The notes under the pieces were generated by a model that worked only from the letters and a program-made list of their open reading frames with translations, ran no database searches and was not told where the DNA came from. A stretch of DNA of 64,000 nt, taken from Bdellovibrionales bacterium (GTDB taxonomy: Bacteria > Bdellovibrionota > Bdellovibrionia > Bdellovibrionales > UBA1609). The DNA is taken from positions 160,001 through 224,000 of the forward strand of contig CBDHDF010000007.1 in assembly GCA_965261545.1 (NCBI GenBank), read 5' to 3'. Below are positions 40,448-51,541 of the stretch, piece after piece (within the stretch, counting starts at the first letter, position 1; each line of letters starts with the position of its first letter). The position numbers were made by a program, and so were the translations under genes.

Positions 40448-41945
40448 GGTCGATAAGGTTGATGAAGTTAATAAAATCGATGAAGTTGATAAAGTTTCAT
40501 CTTCCATGGCTTTCACCTTTGATGACTTGCTTCTCGTGCCCCAATATTCAGAAGTGATTCCTTCCCAGGTTTCCACGGAGATGCCCTTTGGCAAGGATAT
40601 GGTTTTAAACACTCCTGTTTTATCAGCGGCCATGGACACTGTGACTGAAAGTCGATTGGCTATTGTCATGGCTCAGCAGGGAGGTCTTGGAGTTATTCAC
40701 AAGAATATCTCCATTGAGCAGCAAAGTCTTGAGGTGGAAAGAGTCAAAAAATATGAAAGTGGCATGATTATAAAGCCTATCACCATGTCGCCAGAGCAGT
40801 CGGTGGCAGAGGCTTTGGAGATGATGAAGCAGTGCTCAATCAGTGGTTTTCCTGTCACGACAGATGGAATTCTCGTTGGTATTCTCACCAATCGAGATCT
40901 TCGCTTTGAAGCGAATGTAAACCAGCCCATTGCCAATGTGATGACTCAAGAAAACCTTGTGACGGCAGAAGTTGGAACCACCTTGGAACAAGCTAAGAAA
41001 ATTCTCCATAAAAATCGTATTGAAAAATTGCCTGTGGTGGATACAAAGGGTCGCCTCAAGGGCTTGGTTACAATCAAAGATATTGAAAAATCCAAGGCCT
41101 TTCCTCTGGCCTCTAAAGATCGTGGCGGAAGGCTCTTGGCGGGAGCCGCCGTGGGTGTGGGCAATCGTTCTCAAGAGAGGGCCGAGGCCCTTGTTGAGGC
41201 TGGAGTGGATGTTCTTGTGGTGGATACCGCCCACGGCCACTCCAAAAATGTTCTTAATATGGTGGAGTACTTGAGTCAACGCCATAAGGACATTGTCATT
41301 GTAGGTGGAAATGTGGTGACATCCCATGCAACACAAGCCCTTATAAACAAAGGAGTCGATGTTGTAAAGGTGGGTGTTGGGCCAGGTAGCATTTGCACCA
41401 CAAGGATTGTTGCGGGCGTGGGGATGCCCCAAGCTTCAGCTATTATGGAGTGCGCAGAAACGGCGAGACAACTTGGAAAATCCATTATTGCTGATGGCGG
41501 AATTAAGTTTGCGGGAGATGTGACCAAGGCTCTAGCTCTTGGGGCCAGCTCTGTGATGGTGGGAAGTTTGCTGGCGGGAGCTGATGAAAGTCCGGGGGAG
41601 ACTGTTTTGTACCAAGGGCGTGCCTATAAGGTTTACCGTGGTATGGGAAGTTTGGGAGCTATGAAGGATGGTTCTAAAGATCGCTATTTTCAAGAAGATA
41701 TTTCTGATTATGAAAAGTTTATTCCCGAAGGAATTGAAGGTCGGGTTCCCTACAAAGGGCCCATCCATGTGATTCTCCACCAGCTTGTAGGGGGACTAAA
41801 GTCAGGGATGGGTTACTTAGGGGCTCACTCAATTCCTGACCTGCAAAAGAAAGCTCAATTTGTAAAAATCAGTCAGCAGGGCTTAAGGGAGTCCCATGTC
41901 CACGATGTAAGTATCACCAAGGAGGCTCCCAATTACCGCTTGTAG
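40440..41945 (+). CDS. guaB: IMP dehydrogenase
   Basis: TFDDLLLVP, SAAMDTVT, CBS pair, GPGSICTTR, YRGMGS. Confidence 0.98.
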   Translation: MGKVDKVDEVNKIDEVDKVSSSMAFTFDDLLLVPQYSEVIPSQVSTEMPFGKDMVLNTPVLSAAMDTVTESRLAIVMAQQGGLGVIHKNISIEQQSLEVERVKKYESGMIIKPITMSPEQSVAEALEMMKQCSISGFPVTTDGILVGILTNRDLRFEANVNQPIANVMTQENLVTAEVGTTLEQAKKILHKNRIEKLPVVDTKGRLKGLVTIKDIEKSKAFPLASKDRGGRLLAGAAVGVGNRSQERAEALVEAGVDVLVVDTAHGHSKNVLNMVEYLSQRHKDIVIVGGNVVTSHATQALINKGVDVVKVGVGPGSICTTRIVAGVGMPQASAIMECAETARQLGKSIIADGGIKFAGDVTKALALGASSVMVGSLLAGADESPGETVLYQGRAYKVYRGMGSLGAMKDGSKDRYFQEDISDYEKFIPEGIEGRVPYKGPIHVILHQLVGGLKSGMGYLGAHSIPDLQKKAQFVKISQQGLRESHVHDVSITKEAPNYRL

Positions 41946-41947
41946 GG

Positions 41948-42226
41948 TTATGGTACCTTTATAGACATATCTATTGAGGGGCACAACTGACAAGAAAGTC
42001 TTTCTTTTTCTGTAAAGCTTCGGGTTTCTGCCATTTCTTTTTCGAGTTCATTTCTTGGCGGAAGTTTTTGAGGTTTGTCCACATAGACTCGGCAAGTTCC
42101 ACAGCTTCCCATCCCTCCGCAAGAGTGTGAAATTTCAATATCATGACCTAAGAGAAGTTGAAGGAGGCTTTCGTCGTCCTTGGCTTCAAGGTCTAAACCC
42201 ATGGGCTCCACTCTTACTTTAGGCAC
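41948..42226 (-). CDS. 2Fe-2S ferredoxin
   Basis: CGGMGSCGTC...RLSCQ. Confidence 0.9.
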   Translation of the reverse strand: MPKVRVEPMGLDLEAKDDESLLQLLLGHDIEISHSCGGMGSCGTCRVYVDKPQKLPPRNELEKEMAETRSFTEKERLSCQLCPSIDMSIKVP

Positions 42227-42227
42227 C

Positions 42228-43112
42228 TTAAGATGGTCCTTTCGAAGCAGGTGGTTCTTTGGAGGTGAAGCCAGAGGTGGCGTCGGAGCTAGAAGTGGCC
42301 TTGGAGGCAGAGGTCGAATGGTGGGAGCTTTTTGTATGCTCCTTTAATATTGTGTAGAAATCAACGCAGCGGTGATATTTTTTGCAAAGCTGATGCCACT
42401 TGCGCCTCAGAAATTGTGAGGGTAGCATAGATGAAGGTTGGCTGGATAAGGGCCAGAGAGATGAGGGCTCATGGTGAAAAACTTTGCAGGACTCTCTTGA
42501 CGAGAGCCCCCTGTCGTCATGGGATACTAAGGGTGGGTCTATGGAGTAGGGAATAAGCCCATGGGTCCAATATTCATACAGTTGGTGGTCGGCATAGAGA
42601 ACCATGCGAGGGATTTTTTCCATAAGGATTTGAGCCCCCCGGCGAGTGATGACATAGGCCAGCGCCCCTGAGTCTGGGGGATACATCAAGCCCAAGGAGC
42701 GACCGCCCTTCATTTTGCGAAGAGGGACATATTTGCGACGGACCTTCACACGGTGCAAGCGGATGATGTCAAAATCACCGGCCTCACCTCTTTCTATTTG
42801 TTGAAGCACTGTGGGCAGGTCGTCTTTGATACAAAGGTCATCCTCTAAAATGAGAGCCATATCGTTGGGGCCATGAACTACTTTTTCATGGGCGAGCCGG
42901 TGGCTGATCCAACAGCCAATATCTCCAGGAGTCACCCTCACTCCCTGTCGAACTTGCTCTTTATGGTCCACGAGAGATTGATGGGAACTTGTTAAGTCTC
43001 GCCAGTGAATAGCGGAAAGGCGTTCCCAGGAAAGACCGAGTTCATCGAGCCGTTGGGTTGTGCGTTGAAGGCGCAGCCTGTCTTCGTCAAGGTTGATAAG
43101 AATAATTCGCAT
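42228..43112 (-). CDS. Glycosyltransferase family 25
   Basis: INLDEDRLR, GDIGCWISH, LILEDD, AYVITRRGA. Confidence 0.9.
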   Translation of the reverse strand: MRIILINLDEDRLRLQRTTQRLDELGLSWERLSAIHWRDLTSSHQSLVDHKEQVRQGVRVTPGDIGCWISHRLAHEKVVHGPNDMALILEDDLCIKDDLPTVLQQIERGEAGDFDIIRLHRVKVRRKYVPLRKMKGGRSLGLMYPPDSGALAYVITRRGAQILMEKIPRMVLYADHQLYEYWTHGLIPYSIDPPLVSHDDRGLSSRESCKVFHHEPSSLWPLSSQPSSMLPSQFLRRKWHQLCKKYHRCVDFYTILKEHTKSSHHSTSASKATSSSDATSGFTSKEPPASKGPS

Positions 43113-43133
43113 ATTGTTCGCTGTTCTTGTTCA

Positions 43134-43904
43134 CTAAGAGTCTTTGGAGTTCTCAAAGTTCGCCTTTGTTAATTTTAACATTTTATAAAAATCGGCTTGG
43201 TAATGATACTTTCTACAAAGTTGGTAAAACTTTCTTCTCATAAACTGTGAGAGATTCGCCGGCCGAGGTTTAGTGCTTGAGGTGGTGATGGAAGAGTGTC
43301 CCCCGTCCTTGTGCAGCACCACAGGGGGGTCTATGGAGAGGGGAATAAGGCCATGAATGTGATGCTGAGTGAGTTGGTGATCGGCAGAGCGAACCATGCG
43401 AGGAACCTTTTTCATAAGTGTTTGAGCCGCTCGGCGAGTGATCACATAGGCTTGGGTGCCAAGGTCCGCAGGGCGAACAAAGCCGAGGCTGCGTTCCTTT
43501 CCGATTTGGCGAACCGGCACGTATGGACGGTGGGTTCGGAAGCGATGCAGTCGAATGATGTCAAAGGAACCGATCTCCCCTCGTTCTATCTGCTCCAAAA
43601 CTTCGGGGAGGTCTTCTTGAATTTCAATATCATCTTCCATAATGAGGCCCATCTCGCCAGGTCCCTTGGCCACTTTTTGGTGGGCCAAACGATGGCTCAT
43701 CCAACAGCCAATCTCTCCGGGGAAAACCATAATCCCTTGGGCCTCCTGCCGCTCTCGGTTTACAAGAGCGTGGTGCTCCTCTGTCAAATTTCGCCAGTGA
43801 ATGGCAGGAAGGCGTTCCCAGGAAAGGCCAAGTGCACTGAGCCTTTGGGTCGTACGCTGAAGTCGCTCCTTGTCTTCATCGAGATTGATGACCATAATTT
43901 CCAT
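43134..43904 (-). CDS. Glycosyltransferase family 25 (paralog)
   Basis: INLDEDKER, GEIGCWMSH, IMEDD, GTQAYVIT. Confidence 0.9.
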   Translation of the reverse strand: MEIMVINLDEDKERLQRTTQRLSALGLSWERLPAIHWRNLTEEHHALVNRERQEAQGIMVFPGEIGCWMSHRLAHQKVAKGPGEMGLIMEDDIEIQEDLPEVLEQIERGEIGSFDIIRLHRFRTHRPYVPVRQIGKERSLGFVRPADLGTQAYVITRRAAQTLMKKVPRMVRSADHQLTQHHIHGLIPLSIDPPVVLHKDGGHSSITTSSTKPRPANLSQFMRRKFYQLCRKYHYQADFYKMLKLTKANFENSKDS

Positions 43905-43966
43905 GGCAGACTCTATATTCTTTCTCTTTCAGAGGGGCAAGGGCGAGCAGTTACGAGTAAGTATCT

Positions 43967-45076
43967 CTAGTGCTTTGTGAGCGGTTTGTTGGCGTGGGCC
44001 TTCTTTTCTGAAGGGGCCTGTGCCGCAGTCGTCTTCATGGCCTCTTGACCCTGAGTTTTCAAGGAGGCGAGACCATAAGCTTCCAAAATTTTCCCTTGAA
44101 TTTCTTCTTTCATATCGGTATGGGTTTTGAGAAATTCCTTAGAGGCATCGCGACCTTGGCCTAAGCGCTCGCCGCTGTAGCTGTACCAAGATCCTGACTT
44201 ATCAACAATATTCTTTTTAACTCCAAGATCGAGCATATCTCCCTCTTCAGAAAATCCTTCCCCATACATGAGATCAAACTCCACTTTTTGGAAGGGAGGA
44301 GCCATCTTATTTTTGACAACTTTGACAGATGTGCGGTTGCCAATGACCTCTTCACCTTTTTTAATGGCACCAATGCGGCGAACATCGAGGCGAACTGAGG
44401 AGTAAAACTTAAGGGCATTTCCCCCTGTTGTGGTTTCGGGGTTGCCAAACATAACACCTATTTTCATGCGTATTTGGTTAATAAAAATAATCAGTGTATT
44501 GCTGCGGCTAATGGCTCCTGCCAATTTACGTAGAGCCTGGGACATCAAGCGAGCCTGCAACCCCATGTGACTGTCTCCCATGTCACCCTCAATTTCTGCC
44601 CGTGGAGTGAGGGCAGCTACAGAGTCCACAACCAAAACATCAATGGCTGCGGATCGGACAAGGGTTTCAGTGATTTCTAGGGCTTGTTCACCTGTATCTG
44701 GTTGAGAAATAAGCATTTCATCCGCTTTGACTCCAAGTTTCTTGGCGTAGGAGATATCGAGGGCATGTTCGGCATCGATAAAGGCCACTGCGCCCCCTGC
44801 TTTTTGAGCCTGTGCGATCGCGGAGAGGGCTAAAGTTGTTTTTCCTGAACTTTCAGGACCATAGACCTCAACAATTCGCCCCCTAGGGAGACCACCAATG
44901 CCCAAAGCAATATCCAAACTCAAGGCCCCTGTTTTCACCACAGGAATATCTTTATAAAGACTTTGATCTCCTCCAAGCTTCATAATAGAGCCCTTGCCAA
45001 ACTGCTTTTCAATGGCTGAAATGGCAAGATCAAGGGCACGCCCTTTTTCTAAAGTATTGTTGTTCACTGTTGTCAT
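43967..45076 (-). CDS. recA: Recombinase A (start likely ATG 45076)
   Basis: [49 protein letters not shown]. Confidence 0.98.
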   Translation of the reverse strand: MTTVNNNTLEKGRALDLAISAIEKQFGKGSIMKLGGDQSLYKDIPVVKTGALSLDIALGIGGLPRGRIVEVYGPESSGKTTLALSAIAQAQKAGGAVAFIDAEHALDISYAKKLGVKADEMLISQPDTGEQALEITETLVRSAAIDVLVVDSVAALTPRAEIEGDMGDSHMGLQARLMSQALRKLAGAISRSNTLIIFINQIRMKIGVMFGNPETTTGGNALKFYSSVRLDVRRIGAIKKGEEVIGNRTSVKVVKNKMAPPFQKVEFDLMYGEGFSEEGDMLDLGVKKNIVDKSGSWYSYSGERLGQGRDASKEFLKTHTDMKEEIQGKILEAYGLASLKTQGQEAMKTTAAQAPSEKKAHANKPLTKH

Positions 45077-45320
45077 AGAAGACCTCCTTTGTAGGTGCTT
45101 GTGGGCCAATAACGAAGAAATGAAGAGCCTAAATGTGCTGCTCAGAGGTAAGCAAGATACTCTGGCAAGTTTTCTCTGCCTCTTACTGGCTTGTGTCCAT
45201 TTTTGTTTTGTTTTATTTTTATTTATCTTTTTTATCTTTTACATCTTTTTTAGGTCCTTTATGGATGATTAGCGAATATGCAAATTCATTGCCATGACCA
45301 TTGCCACTCCATCTGTTGTG

Positions 45321-45779
45321 TTAAAGTCTTCCCAGCCAATTTGTTTGTACCAGCATAACCTGTAAAATAAAATTTGTGATCACCCCCGCAAGAATATCAT
45401 CGGCCACAACCCCCAGTCCTCCTTGAATGTGACGGTCTATATAGCTCAAAGGAAAAGGCTTCAGTCCGTCAAGTATTCGAAAAATCACAAAAGCAAAAAG
45501 AAAAGACTGCCAAGTCACTGGTAGCCAAGTCATGGCAACAGCGTATCCAGCCACCTCATCAATAACAATTTCACGGCTATCATGCACGTCATATTTGTTT
45601 TCAAAAGCCTGGGCCACAAAAATGGCAACAAGTGTTAGAAGTAGAGTGGCTAATATGTACCCTGTATGTCCCCCGCAAAGAAAAACCATGGCCAAGGGAA
45701 TCCCCCCGAGGGTGCCCACTGTTCCAGGTATCCAAGGAGATCGGCCTAAATAAAAAAAAGTCGCCAATAACCGAACCAC
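45321..45779 (-). CDS. pgpA: Phosphatidylglycerophosphatase A
   Basis: PGTVGT, IVIDEVAG, FRILD..KPFP, GVVADDILAG. Confidence 0.93.
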   Translation of the reverse strand: MVRLLATFFYLGRSPWIPGTVGTLGGIPLAMVFLCGGHTGYILATLLLTLVAIFVAQAFENKYDVHDSREIVIDEVAGYAVAMTWLPVTWQSFLFAFVIFRILDGLKPFPLSYIDRHIQGGLGVVADDILAGVITNFILQVMLVQTNWLGRL

Positions 45780-45970
45780 GGACCTAGACTAACAGCATAT
45801 GTGCTGGGAACCTAGTCCTAGTATCTACAAATTTTTTATTGTGGGGATTGTGCATAATTTTTAAGCATTTTAACGCATTCATACAAGTTTTAAGGTGGCT
45901 TTCACTTCCACAATAACAACCCACAACGACAATTCACAGCGACAATTTCGATTGTTCCTTTTGTCTAAAA

Positions 45971-47275
45971 ATGGTGTTCGTAAAACTTTGGTACATGACA
46001 GGGGGGCCGGAGACTCTTAAAGTAGATTTTATGCTTAAAGATATTCTCATGATAGCTGTCCGGAGAGGGGCCAGCGATATTCACCTCAAAGCTGGCACAC
46101 CTGCGGTGATTCGTAAGCATGGAGTTCTCCAACCCCTTGTCAAAGATGGTCCCGTGGTCAGCACCGAAGAAATTGAAAAAATCGCTTTTTCAGTGATGAA
46201 TAAAAGCCAAAAGGAAATGTTCTTAGAAAAGTATCAGGTGGATATTGGCTTCGGGATTTCAGGTCTTGGACGATTTAGGTTCAATATTTTTAAGCAACGG
46301 GGGAGTATGCGTATTGTGGTGAGAACCATCTCGATGAGTATTCCCTCTCTTCCCTCCTTGAATCTTCCTAAAGTTGTAGAGCATTTAACAACATCAAAGC
46401 GAGGGCTCATATTAGTCACTGGGGTGACTGGCGCTGGCAAATCCACAACCATTGCTTCTATGGTGAACCATATGAATAGCAATTTCTGTCGTCATATCCT
46501 TACCATTGAAGACCCCATTGAGTTTCTCATCAAAGACCAAAAGAGCCTCGTGACTCAAAGAGAACTAGGCAGTGATGCGGTCAGCTTTCCAGAAGCTCTT
46601 AAGGCTTCTCTGCGCCAGGACCCCGATGTTATTTTTATTGGGGAGATGAGAGATATGGAAACTGTGGACACAGCCCTTCTTGCTGCGGCCACGGGACACC
46701 TTGTCGTTTCCACTCTTCACACCCTCCACTCCACAGAAACCATCAATCGAATCCTTGGTTTTTTTCCTGCGGAGAAGCACCAGCAAGTGAGATTTCAGTT
46801 GGCCTCTGTTCTCAGGGCTGTCATCAGTCAGCGCTTGACCAACAAGCCGGAGGGTCAGGGCTTCGCCCCTGCGGTGGAAATTCTTATCAACAATGCAAGA
46901 ATAAGAGAGATGATCGAAGTTCCCGAAAGGACAGCTGAGATACCCAAGGCTCTCGAAGAGGGAGGAGCCACCTATGGAATGCAAACCTTTGACCAGAGCC
47001 TTACTCAACTTGTTTCCAAAAAAATTATTTCCTATGAGGAGGCCATGCGCCATGCCACATCCCCTGAAGATTTTGCCATCAAGCATTCGGGCGTGATTCA
47101 CTCCAACGCAGGTAATGACCCACACGAGGAGGGAGTTACTAGCAACTACAATCAGCGCATCCAAAGCAAATGGCATAACCTCACTTCTGTAGAACTTGAA
47201 AATATTGATGAAAATACTTCTGAAACCGACAAAGACCTGCGTATTAAAAAACGCAAGTTTGGATCTAAAAGATAA
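45971..47275 (+). CDS. pilT: PilT/PilU-family retraction ATPase (start likely 46031)
   Basis: ASDIHL, GVTGAGKSTT, TIEDPIE, LRQDPDVI, TGHLVVSTLH, GMQTFDQ. Confidence 0.85.
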   Translation: MVFVKLWYMTGGPETLKVDFMLKDILMIAVRRGASDIHLKAGTPAVIRKHGVLQPLVKDGPVVSTEEIEKIAFSVMNKSQKEMFLEKYQVDIGFGISGLGRFRFNIFKQRGSMRIVVRTISMSIPSLPSLNLPKVVEHLTTSKRGLILVTGVTGAGKSTTIASMVNHMNSNFCRHILTIEDPIEFLIKDQKSLVTQRELGSDAVSFPEALKASLRQDPDVIFIGEMRDMETVDTALLAAATGHLVVSTLHTLHSTETINRILGFFPAEKHQQVRFQLASVLRAVISQRLTNKPEGQGFAPAVEILINNARIREMIEVPERTAEIPKALEEGGATYGMQTFDQSLTQLVSKKIISYEEAMRHATSPEDFAIKHSGVIHSNAGNDPHEEGVTSNYNQRIQSKWHNLTSVELENIDENTSETDKDLRIKKRKFGSKR

Positions 47276-47333
47276 AAGAAATGTACTAAGATGCGGCCTC
47301 AGATGTTTGCTATATCCGATGTTTTCTCTATTC

Positions 47334-50300
47334 TCATTGGGGAGTGACAGTGGCAGATCTAGAGATAAGACTGTTGCTATCAGAGCTATTCACCGCTCGT
47401 ACTTGAAAGGTGTAAAGTGTCCTATTGGTAAGAGAAGTCACCACGTAGTATGTTCCATTTCTTTGATTTGGAGCACTATTTGGAATATCCTCCCAACTTC
47501 CGTACCCTTGTGTACCTGCTGTTTTTTTTCGATACTGATGTTTTATAATGGGAAATCCACCATCACTTGTTGGCGGCTGCCAGGTTAAAAAAGTTCTGCC
47601 ATCTCTAGGGTTTGCAATGAGGTTACTAGGAGATGGGAAGGTTAAATTCTGGGTTGTTTCTGGTGTGACAGTTACACTGGAGGAATCGCTTTCATTGGTG
47701 ATAATATTCACCGCTCGCACTTGAAAGCTGTAGCGTGTTCCGTTGGTGAGAGAAGTCACCAGGTAGCTTATTCCATTGGATTCACTGGGAGCACTCATTG
47801 GAATATCCTCCCAATTTTCGTACTGTTGTGCATTTTCTTCTTTTTTTCGATACTGATGCTTTGTGATGTAATGTCCACCATCACTTATCGGAAGCTGCCA
47901 GGTTAAATAAGCTCCGCCATTTCTGGGGTTTGCGATGAGGTTTCTAGGAGGTGCTAAACTCTGGGTTGTCGCTGGTGTGACAGTTGCGCCGGAGGGACTG
48001 CTTTCATGAGTGCTATTCACTACTCGCACTTGAAAGCTGTAACGGGTCCCATTGGCGAGAGAAGTCACCCAGTGGCGTTGTCCATAGGATTCATTGGGAG
48101 CACTATTTGGAATATTCTTCCAACTTTCGTATTGCTGTGCACCTTCTGCTTTTCTTCGATACTGATGCTTTGTGATGGGAATTCCACCGTCACTTGTTGA
48201 CGGCTGCCAGGTTAAATAAGCTCCTTGATTCCGAGGGTTTGCGATGAGGTTTCTAGGAGATGCTAAACTCTGGATTGTTGCTGGTGTGACAGTTGCAACA
48301 TTGGAGGAACGACTTTCATTGGCGTTATTCACCGCTCGCACTTGGAAGTTATAAATCGTCCCGTTGGCGAGAGAAGTCACCAGGTAGCTTATTCCATTGG
48401 ATTCACTGGGAGTACTCGTTGGAATATTCTTCCAATTTCCGTACTGTTGTGCATTTTCTTCTTTTTTTCGATACTGATGCTTTGTGATGGAAATTCCACC
48501 GTCACTTGTTGACGGCCGCCAGGTTAAATAAGTTCCTTGATTCCGAGGGTTTGCAATGAGATGAGTGGGAGACGAAACAGCTAAACTCTGGGTTGTCGCT
48601 GGTGTGACAGTTGTAACATTGGAGGAACGGTTTTTATTGGCACTATTCACCGCTCGCACTTGGAAGTTATACATCGTCCCGTTGGCGAGAGAAGTCACCA
48701 AGTAGCTTATTCCATTGGATCCACGGGGAGCACTCGTTGGAATATTCTTCCAATTTCCGTACTGATGCTGTGCGCCTGTTGTTTTTTTTCGATACTGATG
48801 TCTTATGATGGAAAATCCACCATCACTTGTTGATGGCTGCCAGGTTAAATAAGCTCCTTGATTCCGAGGGTTTGCGATGAGGTTTCTAGGAGGTGCTAAA
48901 ATCTGAGTTGTCGCTGGTGTGACAGTTGCAACATTGGAGGAACGACTTTCATTGGCGTTCACCGCTCGCACTTGAACATTGTAGCGTGTCCCATTGGTGA
49001 GGGTCACCCAGTGGCGTTGTCCATTGGATTCATTGGGAGCACTATTTGGAATATCCTTCCAACTTTCGTATTGCTGTGCACCTGCTGCTTTTTTTCGATA
49101 CTGATGCTTTAATATGGGAGTTCCACCATCACTTATTGAAGGCTGCCAGGTTAAATAAGTTCCTTGATTCCGAGGGTTTGCGATGAGATGAGTTGGAGAT
49201 GAAAAGGCTAAACTCTGGGTTGTCACTGGGGTAACAGTTACACTGGAGGGATCGCTTTCATTGGCGTTATTCATCGCTCGCACTTGAACATGATAGCGTG
49301 TCCCATTGGTGAGAGAAGTCACCAGGTAGCGTATTCCATTGGATTCATTGGGAGCGCTCATTGGAATATTTTTCCAATTTCCGTATTGCTGTGCACCTGC
49401 TGCTTTTTTTCGATACTGATGTTTTATGATGGAGGATCCACCATCACTTATCGAAGGTTGCCAGGTTAAATAAGCTCCGCCATTTCTGGGGTTTGCGATG
49501 AGGTTTCTAGGAGGTGCTAAACTCTGGGTTGTCGCTGGTGTGACCGTTGTAACATTAGAAGAACGACTTTTATTATTGTCACCATTCATCGCTCGCACTT
49601 GAACATGATAATGTGTTCCATTGGTGAGGGTCACCCAGTGGCGTTGTCCATTGGATTCATTGGGAGCACTATTTGGAATATCCTTCCAACTTTCGTACTG
49701 CTGTGCACCTGCTGCTTTTTTTCGATACTGATGCTTTAATATGGGAGTTCCACCATCACTTATTGAAGGCTGCCAGGTTAAATAAGTTCCGCCATTTCTG
49801 GGGTTTGCGATGAGGTTTCTAGGAGGTGCTAAACTTTGGGTTGTCACTGGGGTAACAGTGACACTGGAGGGATCGCTTTCATTGGCGTTATTCATCGCTC
49901 GCACTTGAACATGGTAGCGTGTCCCATTGGTGAGAGAAGGTACTAGATAGCCTATTCCATTGGATTGATTGGGAGCACTATTTGGAATATCTTTCCAACT
50001 TCCGTACTGTTGTGCACCTGCTGCTTTTTTTCGATACTGATATTTTATAATGGGAATTCCACCGTCACTTATTGAAGACCGCCAGGTTAAATAGGCTTCA
50101 CCATCTCTAGGGTTTGCGATAAGGCTTCTAGGAGACCCTAAAATCTGGATTGTCGTTGGTGTGACAGTTGCAACATTGGTTGAACGATTCTTATTGGCAC
50201 TGTTTACTACTCGCACTTGAAAAGTGCAAGGCTGCCCATTGGTGAGAGGAGCGACAAAGTAGCGCATTCCATTGGATTGATTGGGAGCACTATTTGGAAT

Positions 50301-51194
50301 ATCTTTCCACCTTCCGTACTGTTGTGCACCTGCTGCTTTTTTTCGATACTGATGTTTTATAATGGGAACTCCACCGTCATTTATCGAAGACTGCCATGTT
50401 AAATAGGCTCCTTGGTTCCTAGGGTTTGCCATGAGGTTTCTAGGGAGTGCTAAACTTTGGGTTGTCGCGGGTGTGACAGTTGCAACATTGGAGGAGTGAC
50501 TTTCATTGGCGTTATTCACCGCTCGCACTTGAACATTGTAACGTGTCCCGTTGGTGAGAGAAGGTAGTACTAGATAGCCTATTCCATTGGATTGATTGGG
50601 AGCACTCATTGGAATATCTTCCCAACTTCCGTACTGCTGTACACCTTCTTCTTTTTTTCGATACTGATGCTTTGATATGGGAGTTCCACCGTTATTTACT
50701 GAAGGTTGCCAGGTTAAGTAAGCTCTTTGATTCCTAGGGTTTGCAATGAGGTTTCTAGGGGCTGAGGGGATGGTTGAAATTCGAGAGGTTGCATTTGGTG
50801 TCACTATGGTAGCATTCGAAGGAGTGCTTACAGTGCCAAAAGCATTCTCTCCCCGCACTTGAAAGTTGTAGCGTGTCTCGTTGGTGAGACCCATGACGGT
50901 GAATATTGCTTCATGAATGTCCCCGTAGGAACTGTTGGGAATATCCACCCAGCTTTCGTACACTTCTGATTCTACTTTTTTTCGATATTGATGTTTTGTA
51001 ATACTTTCTTTTTGATTACTAGTGGAAGTTCTCCAAGACAAAGTTGCCTGTCCATCTCCGGGTGCTGCCGTCAAGGTATATTTGATTTTTATCGGCTTCT
51101 CAGAAATGTAAGACTTGTCTTTACTACAACCCAAGCATAAAAAATATAAAAGTATAACAATAGATACACTAAAATTCTTTATTAAATTATTCAT
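47334..51194 (-). CDS. Lipoprotein with 12 fibronectin type III repeats
   Basis: LCLGC lipobox; ~102-aa unit PRNLIANP...YLTW...GG.PI.KHQYR...LTNGTRY.FQVRAVN. Confidence 0.9.
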   Translation of the reverse strand: MNNLIKNFSVSIVILLYFLCLGCSKDKSYISEKPIKIKYTLTAAPGDGQATLSWRTSTSNQKESITKHQYRKKVESEVYESWVDIPNSSYGDIHEAIFTVMGLTNETRYNFQVRGENAFGTVSTPSNATIVTPNATSRISTIPSAPRNLIANPRNQRAYLTWQPSVNNGGTPISKHQYRKKEEGVQQYGSWEDIPMSAPNQSNGIGYLVLPSLTNGTRYNVQVRAVNNANESHSSNVATVTPATTQSLALPRNLMANPRNQGAYLTWQSSINDGGVPIIKHQYRKKAAGAQQYGRWKDIPNSAPNQSNGMRYFVAPLTNGQPCTFQVRVVNSANKNRSTNVATVTPTTIQILGSPRSLIANPRDGEAYLTWRSSISDGGIPIIKYQYRKKAAGAQQYGSWKDIPNSAPNQSNGIGYLVPSLTNGTRYHVQVRAMNNANESDPSSVTVTPVTTQSLAPPRNLIANPRNGGTYLTWQPSISDGGTPILKHQYRKKAAGAQQYESWKDIPNSAPNESNGQRHWVTLTNGTHYHVQVRAMNGDNNKSRSSNVTTVTPATTQSLAPPRNLIANPRNGGAYLTWQPSISDGGSSIIKHQYRKKAAGAQQYGNWKNIPMSAPNESNGIRYLVTSLTNGTRYHVQVRAMNNANESDPSSVTVTPVTTQSLAFSSPTHLIANPRNQGTYLTWQPSISDGGTPILKHQYRKKAAGAQQYESWKDIPNSAPNESNGQRHWVTLTNGTRYNVQVRAVNANESRSSNVATVTPATTQILAPPRNLIANPRNQGAYLTWQPSTSDGGFSIIRHQYRKKTTGAQHQYGNWKNIPTSAPRGSNGISYLVTSLANGTMYNFQVRAVNSANKNRSSNVTTVTPATTQSLAVSSPTHLIANPRNQGTYLTWRPSTSDGGISITKHQYRKKEENAQQYGNWKNIPTSTPSESNGISYLVTSLANGTIYNFQVRAVNNANESRSSNVATVTPATIQSLASPRNLIANPRNQGAYLTWQPSTSDGGIPITKHQYRRKAEGAQQYESWKNIPNSAPNESYGQRHWVTSLANGTRYSFQVRVVNSTHESSPSGATVTPATTQSLAPPRNLIANPRNGGAYLTWQLPISDGGHYITKHQYRKKEENAQQYENWEDIPMSAPSESNGISYLVTSLTNGTRYSFQVRAVNIITNESDSSSVTVTPETTQNLTFPSPSNLIANPRDGRTFLTWQPPTSDGGFPIIKHQYRKKTAGTQGYGSWEDIPNSAPNQRNGTYYVVTSLTNRTLYTFQVRAVNSSDSNSLISRSATVTPQ

Positions 51195-51541
51195 GATTTT
51201 AACTCCTAGCCTATATACCTTTGTAGTAATATCTGAATCATCTTTTTCTCGTTTGTTAAATTTTAAGACTTCTCATCAAAAATCGTCTCAATTTCATTAC
51301 TCGGCCATAAGTTAAGTAAACTTTAGAGCGTGTCCTTTGACTAAGCGCATCCAACCTGGAAAAACCAAAAACAGAACCAAAATCTAGGATGATAAAAAAG
51401 GTTGTTATGACACCAAAAATGGCCGGAAATTATGGAGGTTCACGACTCCCAGTCGCAGATCAAATCATCAAAGGAGTTACGTACCTGAATTCCCCAGCGT
51501 TTTGAAAAAGAAGATTTTTCTCAACTAAAAATTATCGTAAC

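Noticed and set aside
51323..51345. TAGAGCGTGTCC as a possible IS5-type end
   Set aside because: No clear partner IR or transposase remnant could be established.
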